Positions 12,119 to 26,023 of a stretch of DNA of 64,000 nucleotides are shown here, one piece after another. The DNA comes from Ruditapes philippinarum (lineage: Eukaryota), in contig NW_026852468.1 in the NCBI RefSeq assembly GCF_026571515.1, positions 434,001 to 498,000 on the forward strand. The letters run 5' to 3'. Both the position numbers and the translations under genes were made by a program. The notes beneath the pieces were generated by a model. That model had not been told where the DNA came from and ran no database searches. It saw only the letters and a list, made by a program, of their open reading frames with translations. Each line of letters begins with the position of its first letter. The first letter of the stretch is position 1.

Positions 12119-15100
12119 TTATTCTAGTAAATTTATATTATTCAAATAATATAATGTAAAAATAAAGCTAAATATCATATTCAAACAGCACCACTTTTCA
12201 AAAGAAGCTGCGGATACATAATATTCGGATTCAGTATCTAAGTTAGTGTACGTTACCTTTCCAGAATAAGTTATACTAAGTGTTTTCTTATTGTCATGTT
12301 TATACAAAAAGTGTCGAAATTTGTGACCATCCGGCCACACAATTTCAACGTCTTTCACTATTTTGTTACCCACTCCAAAATGAGCGATTGGTTCTGATTG
12401 GCACATGTAAGAACAGTCTCCACCAATCACAACGCGTCTTTGTAAGAAATTTGACAATGTTAACGTCACGGTGCTGCCTCGTGCAGGTGCTCCGTGTTTA
12501 GATAGAGGCAGGAATCGTATCCAGTTGGAATTATTTACAATATTTTGATAAATTGAAAATGTCTTATTATTGTACATATCATGGCTAATAAATAATTCTA
12601 AAACTCCATCCATATCGAGATCTGCTGTAGCAATCCCTAAAAATAATAAAAATATCAGGTAATATCTATGTCTCAATGTTATTTCAGTGCATTATAAAAA
12701 AAAGATATTTTTTTAAAAAAGATAGAGAGAAACAGAATCCTACGGTGGCATAAAAGTGACATTTGCAAATTATTATTATTTTTTTTTTGTTGAAACTTTT
12801 TTTTGTTTTTCGCACATTTTTTATTTTTGTTTTTGAAACTTTTTTTTGTTTAAAAAATAAAAAATGTGCGAAACATTTTTTTCTTTGTTTTTGTTTTTGA
12901 AACTTTTTTGTTGTTGTTTTTTTGCACATTTTTTATTTTTTGTTTTTTTGTTTTTGAAACCTTTTTTTGTTTTTCGTACATTTTTTTTTAGTTTTGCGTA
13001 CATATTTTATTTTAGTTTTTCGTACATATTTTTAAGCCAATCAAAACAGTTACACCTTATAGAAATAGTTATCTCCCATAGTATAAATTACGCCATTTCC
13101 TTGTTCAAAAATGGTATGAAGTAAGCCGTTAATGTACCTCGGTATACACGATGGGGTCTCAAATCGAGGAATTTCTACGAAAGTGAGGCGTAGACTCTTC
13201 AACACTGGCACGAATGGCCGCGGATAAGGTAACTTGGATTTTTTTTTTTGAAAAAAAAAAGTTTCAAAAAAAAAAAAAAAAAAAATTTGCAAATGTCACT
13301 TTTATGCCACCGTAGAATCCCTTATGAAAGCCAAACAAGATAAAATTGAAATGTTGCAAGCCCGGTTTGATTGAGCCTGTTCATGGACGGTTGTTTGTAA
13401 TTGCAAGCTTCCGTCCACGCCCCTTAGCACCGGCTTTAGCAGAATTCAACATTTGACATAATCTGGTAAAATTTTAAATTTAGAAAAATCAGAAGATGCG
13501 TTCATATAGTTTACAAACTTGACTTATTTAACAGTTAATCTTATTACTTATGTGGATAAGATGATTTTGATGACCATAATTATAACAAACAAAGTCTCTT
13601 TACATACTACGACGTTATTCCTATTGATGAGATAACATTTCATTAGTAGGGTAACGTTTTGATCATTGCTACCTTGTTTTTACTTATCAAGGAACATTCA
13701 ATCAATAAAATTTAAGCAATGGTAGTTTCTGGCCGTTTTCTCAAAACAGCATAACAGAGTTGATAGAAGATAAATAAATACATATCTACCACGTATGCGG
13801 AGCCGTTTCAATTTTTCATCATCACCAAGACTAGATTTCGAGACGGTTATCCGTGACGAGTTCACGGTATGTATTGTTGTGAAAATTTCATTATATTCCG
13901 GAAAGTAAATGTCCCCATTAGCACCGGTTTTCAATATGTCATCTTCACCATCATTGTCAAAGTCACCCATCAATATAATATCTGATGCTGCTGGATATGT
14001 GAACGCTGACTCTTTAATTTCCTAGAATGATTGTTAGATTTTTTGTACTCTTATAAGGATGTTGAATTAATTGTATTTTATTGTAATTTGATTGTATTTA
14101 AATGTAATTTGATAGCTGTTTGATGGTATAAAAGTATGCGATTGTCATATTGATTTCAATGTTCCTAATATATTATATTTAATGTTTTAAACATTTATTA
14201 AAATAAAGTTCAAAAAAGTTTAACTGTAACCTTAAATGCCGACTAACACAGCACAATTTAAGATAAATTGAGGTTTAAAAATTAATACATTGAGGTTTAA
14301 CTGATCGTTGTAAACATAACACACTTTTTTATACACAAAAAACATAAATAGTTTAATCTTAAAACTTACACGAAGCTGTTTCATATCGTTATCGTCATCA
14401 ATTTGAAACACTCTTGTTGGACCAAGCCAGTTAGTATACACTAGAGCAAATTCACCATTATTATTTAAATCTACAATTCCTGCACCACGGCCATTATTAT
14501 CCTGGTCTTCAACATCTATAGATATATACAACTAATGTAAGGATTGTCAAACAATTGTTCAAACTGAAACGAAATTTGAAATTTATTTAAAAGGCCATCA
14601 GTGTCAATGAAAAAGAATGGAAAAAGTAGAAATCTCGAGTTCAGTCTATATTTATTCAGTGAATTTATTATCTCCTTTACATTTTTTATACCAAGTATTT
14701 TTAATTTTTATATCCTATTGTTTCCTATCTATTTCGTGTCAATCTTTCTTCATCATCAAGTGTATAAAAATAGATTTACCATACCTAGTTTCTCAGCAAC
14801 ATCCTCGAATGTACCATCACCCTTATTCTTTAGTAAAACGTTACTGCCATCATGTCTGTTCACGCGGCTACCAATAGTATAACTGTTTTCGTTGGTGATA
14901 AAAATGTCACTGCTGTGCTTGTTTGGGAACAATGGACCAACAAGTATTCCACGTCCATCTGTTGAAAGTCATCAGAAGATTATTTTGTCACATAATTAAA
15001 TGCGTATGCACGCCAAAATTACTGGGGTACATGTATTAGATAATCATAACTTGTGCTTTTAAAATAAACTCTCAACTTTTATCTATAAACAACAGATCTT

Positions 15101-18100
15101 ATTAAAAAAGTTGATGTTATCATATTCGTTCATTTAGTAATGATAACAAAAAATATAACACTCCAAATGAAGTATATATTGTAAACATTTACAATGCCAT
15201 GGTCATTTTATTGTCATTTACTGGTGTTAAGGAAAGGTTGAGTGAGAAAATCGGAAAATAGTGTGCCTGCTTACCCCTTTCTATATCTAAGCCAATATTC
15301 TTTGATATTTCTGTTAGCGTTATGTTTAAACTTCGATTTTCACTACTGTTAGGTCGTGCTGAGAATATTTTGTACGTTCCTCGGCCTTCTGAATATTGAA
15401 GCTACGATTATCAATATAATTAACATTAAAATCAATATTATTAATGTGTAACTATAACACGTACTTCCTCAAACTGATTAATGTTTTTTCTTTTTATTAA
15501 GTTTCTACACATATTTTTATTGAATTAATAATGTAAAATTCATTCAATAACGAAATAGACATTTTTACTTTTGAGGTAGCATAAATCTACAAATAACAAA
15601 AGGGAAGACATAGATTGCACGTTCTGGTTGGCCATTCGTTTATTTATAGTTTTTCATGTATGTAAAGTAAATTGTAATAGAGAATTAATCACCGAAAAGC
15701 ATGTAATAAAATACAATCTATTAAACAAATTAAATTCGCCAGATATTTTCGGCTTTACTGAGACATTTCTTGGTGATGATACAACAGACGATGAATTAAA
15801 TATTAACAATTTCACACATGAAAGAAAGGACCGTAAAAGTTGTCAAAAAGGCGGGGGAGTTGTAATATATATTGCTGACAAGGTGCCATATCGGCGCCGT
15901 TACGATATAGAAACGGACGAATTAGAATATGTTTGGTTGGAAATTATTTACCCAAATTGCAAACCTTTTCTTTTAAATTTTATATATCGCCCACCAAATG
16001 TACACCAATCTTGGATTGACGATTATGAAAAACAACATAGTATAATAGATATATCAAATATAGAATATCATATTCTAGGAGATGTCAATATAAACTTTTA
16101 TCCAATGAATAAAAAGAAAATATATGACAATACAAAATGGGGGGATTTGATAACGAAATATGGTTTGAAACAGCTTATCACAGATCCTACTAGGATAACA
16201 AAACGTACCCAAAAAATTATAGATCATGTTTATACAAACAGTAGCAGATATATTATTGAATCGTTTGTTTCTGATACCTCATTAAGTGATCATTATCCGA
16301 TAGGTATTTCAAGATCAACGAAAGCATGTAGTACCCGATTGATTAATGAATATAATTCGATTAAATATAGATGTTTTAAAAACTTCAATGAAATTGATTT
16401 TCAGGCAGACCTTGCTTTATCCGATCTTGAATTAGTCGAGCACATAATAAATCCGAATGAATCCCTTAGCTTATTTTACTCCATTTTAAATACTATCTTG
16501 AAAAAGCATGCACCAATAAAAGAAAAACGTATCAAACGTGAACACCGCCCGGAATGGTTTACTGATGAGATAAAATATCTTATACACGAACGCGATTACT
16601 ATCATAAAGTAGGGAAACATGAACAATACAAATTGCTCAGAAATAAAATAACATCAATGATTAAAAAAAGTAAAAGGGATTTCTTTAACAATGCTATTAA
16701 AAATAACAAAGACCCGGCATTTTTATGGAAAAATTTAAAGGACGTTTCAAATCTAAATAAAAAAGGTAGTATTACAATGCCAGACAGACTAGTGACAGAT
16801 AATAAAGAAATTTACGGAACTGTTAATATTATAAATGAATTAAATAAGTATTTTGTCAATATCTCGAATGTCATACATAAAACAAAGTTTTCAAATACAA
16901 AGTTTTCAAAATTGAAAGAAACTTTAGACCAAAAGCTAATACATCATGAATTTAATATTGAATTAATTACACCGTTTGAAGTAAAACTTATTATTGAAAA
17001 ACTGAATATTAAAAAATCTACAGGATTAGATGGAATTGGACCAAACATCATCAAATGTTGTGGAGATTATATTACACCAATAATTGCATCAATTATCAAT
17101 AATAGTATTAAATCTAATATTTTCCCAGATGATTTAAAAAGAATTCGAGTTATACCTATTTTTAAATCGGGGGATAAGAATGAAGCAAATAACTATCGAC
17201 CGATATCAATTTTGTCAACTATATCCAAAATATTTGAGCGCCATATTGCCAAACAAATACACTCATTCTTTGAAAAAACGAACATTATTCATAATAGACA
17301 ATCAGGATTTCGTAAAAATCATTCATGTAATACTGCACTCATAAGTTTAATAGTTACTTGGTTAAAAGATGTTGACAGTGGAAAAATTATAGGGACTGTA
17401 TTCTTAGACTTAAAGAAAGCCTTTGATTTGGTTGACCATGAAATACTTTTGCATAAACTTAAACTTTATCATTTTTCTGAAAATGCCGTTAAGTTTTTTA
17501 TGTCATATCTTTCTAAAAGAAATAAAACTAGTTAAGATAGGTGATCTACAATCTCAGACAATGAAAATAATTTCCGGTGTTCCACAAGGCTCAATATTAG
17601 GACCTTTATTATTTCTAATATACATAAATGACATAGCTTTCATTGATAATGATATGAAAATTGATTTATACGCAGACGATTCTACTCTTTATGAGTCCGG
17701 AGAAAATATATCAAAAGTAGAAATAAAACTTCAAGATCATTTAAATAACATTGACAAATGGTGCAAAATAAATAATATGGCCTTAAATCCAGATAAATCA
17801 AAATGTATGGTAATAGGTACAAGACAAAAAGTAAATATTATGAGAAAATTAATTCTTAAGATAAATGAAATAGCTCTTGAAAATGTAACTGATCAAAAGT
17901 CTTGGGTATTTGCATAGATAACAACTTAAATTGGCACTTGCAAATTGACAATGTTTGTAAAAAACTTAACGGAAAAATTGCCTTATTGAAAAAAATATCG
18001 TATTTTTTGCACTTTGATATGAAATTATTGTTTTACAATGCATATATATTGCCTATTATGGACTATTGTTGTATTATATGGGGTAAAGGAAACACAAACT

Positions 18101-20370
18101 ACATAAATAATGTTTGTAAGTTACAAAAACGAATTGCTAAAATCATTTTACAGCAACCTCAAAGATCTCCGTCAACAAATCTATTCGAAACTCTTAATTG
18201 GTTACCGTTCCTTGACAGATGTAAATACCACACGGCGGTGCTTGTTTTTAAAACTTTAAATAACATGGCACCGACGTATATGACAGAACTGATGACTTTA
18301 TCCGACAACAAAATATATAACTTAAGATCTAGGTCACGGAAAGATATTGTATTATGGACAAGACCTAAAACAAATTATATTAAAGACACATTTTCTTATT
18401 ATGGCATGAACATTTGGAACAATATACCTTTAAATATTCGTAATGTTAATAACCTTAAATGTTTTAAAGAAAAATACAAAGCATATCTTGATGTTCAAAT
18501 GAATGAATGAGTGAGTGAGTGAATGAATGAATGAATAAATATATGAACGAACGAATGAACGAACGAACAAATGATGCAATATACATATATGTTTAACAAA
18601 AATTGTTGAGTGCCTGTCGAAAGTATATGAGTTGTATTATTCTAAAATTTACATATTATACATTCATTTTTCTACCTATGAATGTCCTGTTGTTGTTGTT
18701 GTTGTTTTCTTTTTCAGAAGGCCACTTTGGAAATAAGATATATATGATTGTTATTGTATGTTCTTAATGTGTAACCTTCTTTAAATAAAGATATTATTAT
18801 TATTATTATTAATGAAATATGGCTGATCTAATTTGAGTATTGCGCAAACAGTTGAAGTAGAATCTTGGAAAACAATCGTTGATTTACGAGAGTTAAATTT
18901 CATCAAACATTTTGTATATAAACGTAAGTTAAGGGTTATGTTAATAACAACACAATCTTTATAATTGTTTAAATGAACATAAAATCACCTTTTGTATACG
19001 TCGTAACAATGACGTCATATTGACCATTTCCGTTACGATCAATGCACGCTACAGAGTAACCGCCATGTCTTGGTGCCATTTTTCTTTGAGTTTCAGACAG
19101 AGCAAATAAATCCACATGTTGGCCATTTATCATCTTGAAAAGTTTATCAGGGACAATAGTGACATCATCTGATACAGGATAGACGTCATTGTGATTATGT
19201 ATGTAAAGTTCTTCTTCTCCGTCACCGTCTATGTCACATGAGCACACAGCCATTGTTTTTCCTTAAATCACAAGAGAAATTGTTTTTTAACACTCACTCC
19301 GCTAAACTTAAATAACCTATCCTGCGTTGTAGTCGGACAATTCAAATAGTTAAGGGATTTGAAACATTGAAATAATGAAAGTGAGCATCCGATAGTGCAG
19401 AATTTGAACAAAGTACCCGGATGTGCAGCCTAGTCTGACTTTACTCTGGTAGTTACACAAGTCAATATCACTGCAATCATTCACTCTACCAGTTAAAATT
19501 ACTGCAATGTTATCTTGATTTTTTTTTAAATTTAAAATGATACATTACATGCTTTTGCTATTGAAGAGATTTCACCTGATTATGTTGTTACTTTTTTAAT
19601 AATAAGGAGATAGGTGCAATAATAACAATAAAATAGTAATACATGTATTGTTATACTGTTTATAGAGCATTTGTCTTGTTTTCCAATTATAAGATTGTGT
19701 CACTTTATAAAATTCAGATATTCAACAGGAAAAATATATGTCAAATCATTTTACAGGGTATTACACTGATATCCAGAAATAATTGATTCATAATGGAAAT
19801 ATACACACATCACATATTATATTACCTGTATTGTCACGTGATGCATGATATTTTGGCTGCATTGAAAAAACATCATAATATGCCTTGGTGTCTCTGTCAA
19901 ATTTTATGATTTTGTTGGGTCCATTGGTCCTGTTTGCCAAAAGAAGAAGTGAAAATTACGTATATAGTTGATTATATCAATAGATACATTTCATATGCCA
20001 TTTTTGTATTACATGACCGGGCTACCTGATTGACTTGACATTTGATAGTAGTACATTACATAACAGTTTTAGCTTGAATGAATAAAATTCCAAAGTTTAT
20101 ACTTTCTTAACCTTTATTCAATTACAAAAATGCATTAATTTTCCTTTCCTTTCTACAATAATATTAGTATGCTTAAGTATTTTGTAAAATCATAATTCAG
20201 TCTTACACAGCAACAATAACTTCAAAGGTCCCATCATTGTCGAGGTCAGATACTGTAATACCAGAGGTCCTTCCGGTTGGTGCAAAATCCACGTTTGTTA
20301 ACTCCCGTAATATGCAATGAATTACACCAAACCGCGGCAAGAACAAAATGTAAATCGATACCGGAAGCAT
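12119..20370 (-). CDS. CRTAC1: CRTAC1-like protein (FG-GAP repeats + ASPIC/UnbV domain) with signal peptide and hydrophobic, GPI-like C-terminus. Exons: 20370-20207, 19929-19826, 19261-18989, 15388-15275, 14958-14785, 14515-14370, 14021-13790, 12636-12119
   Basis: The spliced translation runs MLPVSIYILFLPRFGVIHC...SGITVSDLDNDGTFEVIVAV-TNGPNKIIKFDR...CSCDIDGDGEEELY...DKLFK...SVACIDRNGNGQY...GRGILVGP...DIF..NEN...NKGDGTFEDVA...GRGAGIVDLNNNG..LVYTNWLGP...GDFDNDG...ADLDMDGVLELFISH...NWIRFLPLSKHGAPARGSTV...YMCQSEPIAHFGVG...IVWPDG. This is colinear with vertebrate CRTAC1 as I recall it. All introns are GT-AG with consistent phases. Orthology is not proven. Confidence 0.9.
12741..13314. mobile_element. 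Non-autonomous TIR element (IS3EU-like) in the last CRTAC1-like intron
   Basis: Perfect ~30-bp TIR tacggtggcataaaagtgacatttgcaaat; perfect 6-bp TSD GAATCC (12735-12740 and 13315-13320); T-rich subterminal repeats. Confidence 0.9.
15628..18811 (+). mobile_element. Non-LTR retrotransposon (CR1/L2-type LINE), 5'-truncated ORF2 (APE endonuclease + reverse transcriptase), antisense in CRTAC1-like intron 3
   Basis: APE motifs (FTETFL, GGGV, IYRPP, GDVNI, IDHVY, SDHYP) and RT motifs (NYRPIS, QSGFR, FLDLKKAFD, GVPQGSILGP, LYADD). Two frameshifts (~17510, ~17900). 3'UTR with (GAAT)n, AATAAA and an (ATT)n tail at ~18790-18811. The 5' boundary is approximate. Confidence 0.95.
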
Positions 20371-21436
20371 AGCTGATGATAAATAAAAATAGTTTGAAAT
20401 AAATTTTCGTTTCGAACATTAAGTCACATTTCACTATTTTCTTTTTTAATTCTAAATATGAACCTCTTCACTGTGACGTTCAGACAAGGTATCGACGACT
20501 TGTATTGATATGATTGCTTACTATGCTCATTTCGCCGCAACTTCACGGCCTTCTTTATTTGTTTATGCACAACTTATTTAAAGTTACAATTTCAGGTTGC
20601 TTTTTGTAGAATTAAACTGAATAATGAGTGTATCTTACACATAACCTTGCACATCGAAGAAACAATGCATGTTGAACGCATGTAATCATCGATTTACTGT
20701 AGACAATATGTTTCTTTGTAATTTAATCAAACACTCGGTTATTTACTGGTGTAAAACAATGAATATTTAATGACAATTATACCTGGGTGAGGTTTTACTA
20801 TGAACAATGAAGACACCTGCTGATTAACAAGGTATAAGTCACGATGATTTCTTTGTGATTATTGTATTTCAATAAATAAATTATTGCCTGCATTGTTTTG
20901 TTAAGATTGTAACAAGAAATCATATATGGTATTGACAGACATCATTTTCATGAATGATACATTATATGAACAACTGAAACGTTATTTTCTCTTTTTTGCT
21001 ATATTTACTATTGTATGAACTCTGGGAGTGCGAGATCCCTCGATAGTAATGGCAACAAAAACAATAGCTGGAAATAACAGACTGGGTTTTATTGAGTCTG
21101 TTCATAAGAGATAATGTTAAATGCAACATCTTTCACACCATCTACCACCGACTTAAGCATTATTCCATCTTCAACACTTCGTTACTCGACAAGTATTGGA
21201 ATCAACGATCCCGAATGATAAGAAAAATATAAAATCACTTAAATGGAGAATTGTGCAATTTTTTATTTTCTAATAATTCCACATGCAACAAATTTATTAT
21301 AATCTATACATAACTTTTTTTAAAGTTACTTAGATATCATAACGTCTACATAGTCCAACAAGACAGATATCGTTATTTTTCTTCAATTATTATGTTATAA
21401 TTAATATCAGGTACATGTATAACATCTTATTGCTGC

Positions 21437-24400
21437 CTAAGACTTCATGTCATCTTTCCATCCAGATACCATTTGGCTGAACGACGTGTGGTCAGCTTTA
21501 ATTTGACTGAAATAATAATATAAATAATAATAATAATAATAATAATTCTTAACAAATGTTTCTGACAATTTACATTTATTAATACATTGCAAAACTTAAA
21601 AATAACCACCATGATTGTAAGAACATAAAAATAGACAGTAACGTATGAGAAATTGAACGAAACAGTAATTAAAACTAGTCCCTTATGGTAAGTTATTCAT
21701 TTTTGGAAAGAGTAAATGCTCTGTACATGCAATAGAAATTGATAAATACAATTGAATTAAATGGTGTTTAAGACAAGTGAAAATGACTATTCAAATCTTA
21801 AGTCAGTCAGCTCTTTTGTGCGGCCTTGCAATGCTCTATGCTACTAGTAACTCAATTTTATCATTTTGATATTTTAACATTTATCCTGATAGCGGTAAAT
21901 GATTCTACCCATGCAACCAGTGCAGGCCAAGATCAGCTGACATGCCCGTGCCTTCTTTCAATGTTCTGCACATTTTGCTATACAGCCGGTAAATATTTTG
22001 AAAATTTCCCTGAAAGTCGTGAATGGTTGAAATGATCTGTCCCGATTGAAAGATCGACACGTCCATTTAAAATAATCAACGGGGTAGAGTTAATCTGCTA
22101 TAAGACTCCCCGTAATAAACTGTTTTAAAGCAGGACATGTACGTTTCGAAATTCAGATAGGAATTTAAATAATTCTAAATGCTCACAATACCTGTTGTCA
22201 AACGAAGACGGGAATTTGTCCAGAATGCTCATGAGCTTTTTAAGCGCTGCCATGGTTTCACTAAGATTTCCTGAAATGATGAAAATGATAAAACTAAGAA
22301 GAGATCATGAGTTTCATATTGACAGATATTACATATAGCACATGTAAAATTATGACAAACGTGCATAAATATAAATGTTAAAAACGCACGTACCAATTTC
22401 ATTTGGTTTAGTTGTCGAGGTCTCTTTTCGAGCGGACCCTGCAATACAAATAAAAATTTAGACATAAAATTGCTGTAACAAAATGGGAGATAGTATTTAT
22501 AAGTAATATATCATACTAAACATGTATGTATTGATACAAACACTGTTCCTAATCAAAACCAAGAATCCGAAAGAGTCAACAGTCTGATTTAGCTTCGCAT
22601 ATTTTTAAATGAAAACAATAAATTATTTAGCACTATATGTCCTACAATCCTGGACGTATATAAAATGCCACAAACTTTCAAAGTAATGATTATCAAAGTA
22701 TTTGTTGAAATCTCACTTACCTGGCCAGCTGCCATCCCAGTTGATATGTTGGCTTTGTTGATTTGTAGAACCTGTGGTGTTTGAAATAGCTAGACCTTCT
22801 TTGTTATCCGTGTTACTGATACCACTTTCTATAAAAGATAAATTAAATTTTTCCTACATTATACAAAACTTATGATCATGAGAGAAATTGCAAAATGTAG
22901 CATCTCTCATGCCCCGGTTTCCTTATATCGGGGATCTGTATAACACATTCCTCTAATATCTAATATAATGATTAGATAGGAAAGGACAAAAATAGAACCC
23001 ACTTCTTAACATCTTAAGTTACCAATACGTAATAATCTAAACACATTGTGTATTGAGTTTATATAATGGGACGACATTTCTATTACAGGTCTTAAAAACA
23101 ATCTTAATCATTATCCTTTCATTTATATATATTACGAATTAGATTTCAAACTTTGCTTCAATGTGTATATAATTAAAATATTACTAACTTGGCCATTTTT
23201 CTGACCAATCGCCGGACCAATCTCCACCAACAGAAGTTTTACCTTCAAACGAAAATGTCAAAAATAAACTTAGCGCACAAAAAATGCAACATTATATCAG
23301 GAATTGACTGCACTTTTACATCAAGTCACAATGCTCAAAATATGCTTTCTTTTTTTCTCTACAAAACGATGTTTACATTTGTAACTCGCTAAATAATTTG
23401 AATTTTGTTGTGTCCTGTCATGACTGATTTTCGTAAACAGAAACATTTATATTTATTTTAGGCGCTCGCTGCTGGCGGTTACCGATTATACAAATGCGAC
23501 CATTGCAGACCAAAATCAGCTGGCACATTTGGACCGTCTGATCATAGTCTGCACTGTCTGCCATTCAATCCGCCCATGTTTTTTTCCCTTGAAAAGAAGG
23601 ACAAGAACAAGATATCTAGCATGGAAAACATTAGTTAACGTTTGATCTTAAGTGTAGGTATGAAGCGATTACGATGTAAACTGTTAACATTCGCTTGAAT
23701 TATACACAATACTTTAATATTATTGTAAATATCTACGATGTTCCGTGATTGCCCACGACTAAAAATGAAAAATGAAGTATATCAGATTAAACTGTAGCTG
23801 TAAATTAAATGTGTGTTAAACTAGTTATTATCTCAAACTTGATATTTTTACTATCAGTTTGACATACCTGGCCATTCGCCCTTCCAATTATTTGTATTAA
23901 CACCTGCTTTAGCTGATATGTAATTGGTTGTTTCAACGTTAGAATAACCTTTGAGATGATTTTCATCTTTCTCCACTTTAGGCTCACTTCCACTGCTATC
24001 AATATCTTGAAACATCTGTCCTATTCCAAGCATGCCCGGATAGCCGGTATATAGAGGTTTTGATACGCTTGAAGAATTGTGATTTATCTTATAACTTGTC
24101 TGGGATTTAGTTTCTCCAATTTCTGATATCTGGTTGTATGTAAGAGACGGTATCAAACTTTCTGACACGTTTCTTAAAGACTCCGGTAAATACTGATGAT
24201 CTAGAGTTGGACTATTCTGTGGCACAACTGTTTGTAGTGGAACCTGTGACCCGATGCCGAGCATACCTGGCTGTCCGCTGAACTTCAGACTTGGAAACAT
24301 GCTTGAGGCATTGATTGTTAATGTTGACATAATGTTATCAGGGAAGGTTTGAGACAGAAACTCTGGGACTTTGCTAGAAGGCAATGATCCGCTTGCAACT

Positions 24401-25673
24401 TGCAGTTCCAAAAACGCGTTCTTCGTTTCATTTGTTATATTGCTTGTTTTTATTTCATCAGTTCTGTTTTGAACGCCTGCGAGTGATGACGTAGGTTCAC
24501 GTGACTGTTTATAGTTAGGTGAATTATTAATAGATTCTGCATTCATAAAACTTGGAACGAATGGATTAACTGCTGATCCGAAAGCTACTCCTAAAATGCA
24601 ACAAAACAGACATTTTTTTCTATATTTTGATTTCTTTTGTTCCACCAAATATTATAACTGACTGACTTAATTAACTTTTTGTTTCATTTTATAATTTTAT
24701 AGATGTTTCTATTATAATGAAAAAAAAATAAAAAATGTTAAAAAAAAAATACAAAACTAACATGAATTAAATTGACTACTTCTCCGATAAGATATACCTG
24801 CATATTTATACGCATAATTATTCGGATCAAATCTCGGAGTGTCTATACCGTTCCCAGTATATTGTTTGTTATTGCCTGCAAAGACAAAAAGACAAATTAT
24901 CATAACATGATTTGCAAGTGATATAGTGTAATCATTTTATTTGTAAATTATTGTTTAAAATTAAAGTATTGACACAAAACTTAGAAGTTTCAAAAACGAA
25001 ATATTTGACAGCAATATATGTTAAAATAATTTAAGAAGCCCATGCAATTGTTCCATTGAAAAGAATCAAGTTCGAGTTGTCTCTTTTAAACAATTACCAG
25101 TGATAAGTATGTTTACAAAGCAATGATAACTATAACTTAACGGACTTCATTTTGTGAACATAAAAATACTTCATTACATTTCACTTAAAATGAAGTGAAA
25201 ATAATTTTCCGAAATACCTTCGAATATAAAACCAGTGGGATCTAAAGGATTGTAGAGTCCATTGTCAGAGAGTACTTGTAAAAGATTAGCATCTTGTCTA
25301 CTTTCCCTTTTACCTGCACAGATATATACTTCATGAAATCTAAAATCGTTTAACTTATGTACTCAACAGTAAAAAATGAAAACAATTGGCTGAATCTTAA
25401 TTATAACCATCCTTTATTATTTTTGGTTCATTTGTATTTTTGTTGTTACTTTTATATAGAGAAATTCAAAATACATTTTTTTCCAGTAGAAAGTGTTATT
25501 GCAGTTACATCGATACATATCCCTTAAAGCAGACATATAATAGGCTAGAAACCTCCAAGAGAAAAACCTTCGTTATGTAATTATGATGTAAATCAAATCT
25601 TACCTCGGAAGCTTTGGACGGCCAGACATTTTAAAAACAACACAGCTAAAACAATAAAAGGTCTATTCCACAT
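21437..25673 (-). CDS. Secreted Ser/Thr/Asn-rich low-complexity protein of unknown family (gene A). Exons: 25673-25604, 25313-25218, 24875-24798, 24590-23868, 22828-22721, 22438-22394, 22270-22192, 21506-21437
   Basis: Signal peptide MWNRPFIVLAVLFLKCLAVQS. All GT-AG introns splice in frame to TAG at 21437-21439. Internal motifs YNPLDPTGF, RFDPNN, GQPGMLGIG/GYPGMLGIG, NWKGEWPG/NWDGSWPG. Confidence 0.82.
21878..22089. mobile_element. Degenerate TTAA-flanked MITE (piggyBac/Kolobok-type target site)
   Basis: TTAA at 21874-21877 and 22090-22093; short imperfect inverted ends; interior resembles the gcagaccaagatcag-type core also seen at ~23495-23565. Confidence 0.45.
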
Positions 25674-26023
25674 TCTGTCCGTTTGAAAGCATGGATAGAT
25701 AGATATAATATAAATACATGTACTTGACCATTGGTTATAATGCTATATCACAGGCAGGTGCACGATATGTGAGATAATACTAGATAATGGTCAAGGAAGA
25801 CCTAAAAATGATCAGCCTTTACCACCACTAAAGAGCAAGGTCAGCGTGTTTATCTGTGCAGATTGGTTAATCTATATACTGCTGGTAGCTCAATTTTTGT
25901 ATTTTATTATTGAAACCCATCCAATTACCAATGGACAGCTTGGAATTCAATATACACAAATTACGACGGTTTTAAGGGTTAATAAGTAACAGCTGAACAT
26001 CACTTGATGTTTTGATATATGCT

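Noticed and set aside
12684-13292. Lys- or Phe-rich ORFs
   Set aside because: Translations of T/A-rich subterminal repeats of the 12741-13314 element.
20246-20434. ORF-track frame as CRTAC1-like exon 1 (implying a frameshift)
   Set aside because: A different frame from ATG 20370 gives a signal peptide and runs unbroken into the first FG-GAP repeat; no frameshift is needed.
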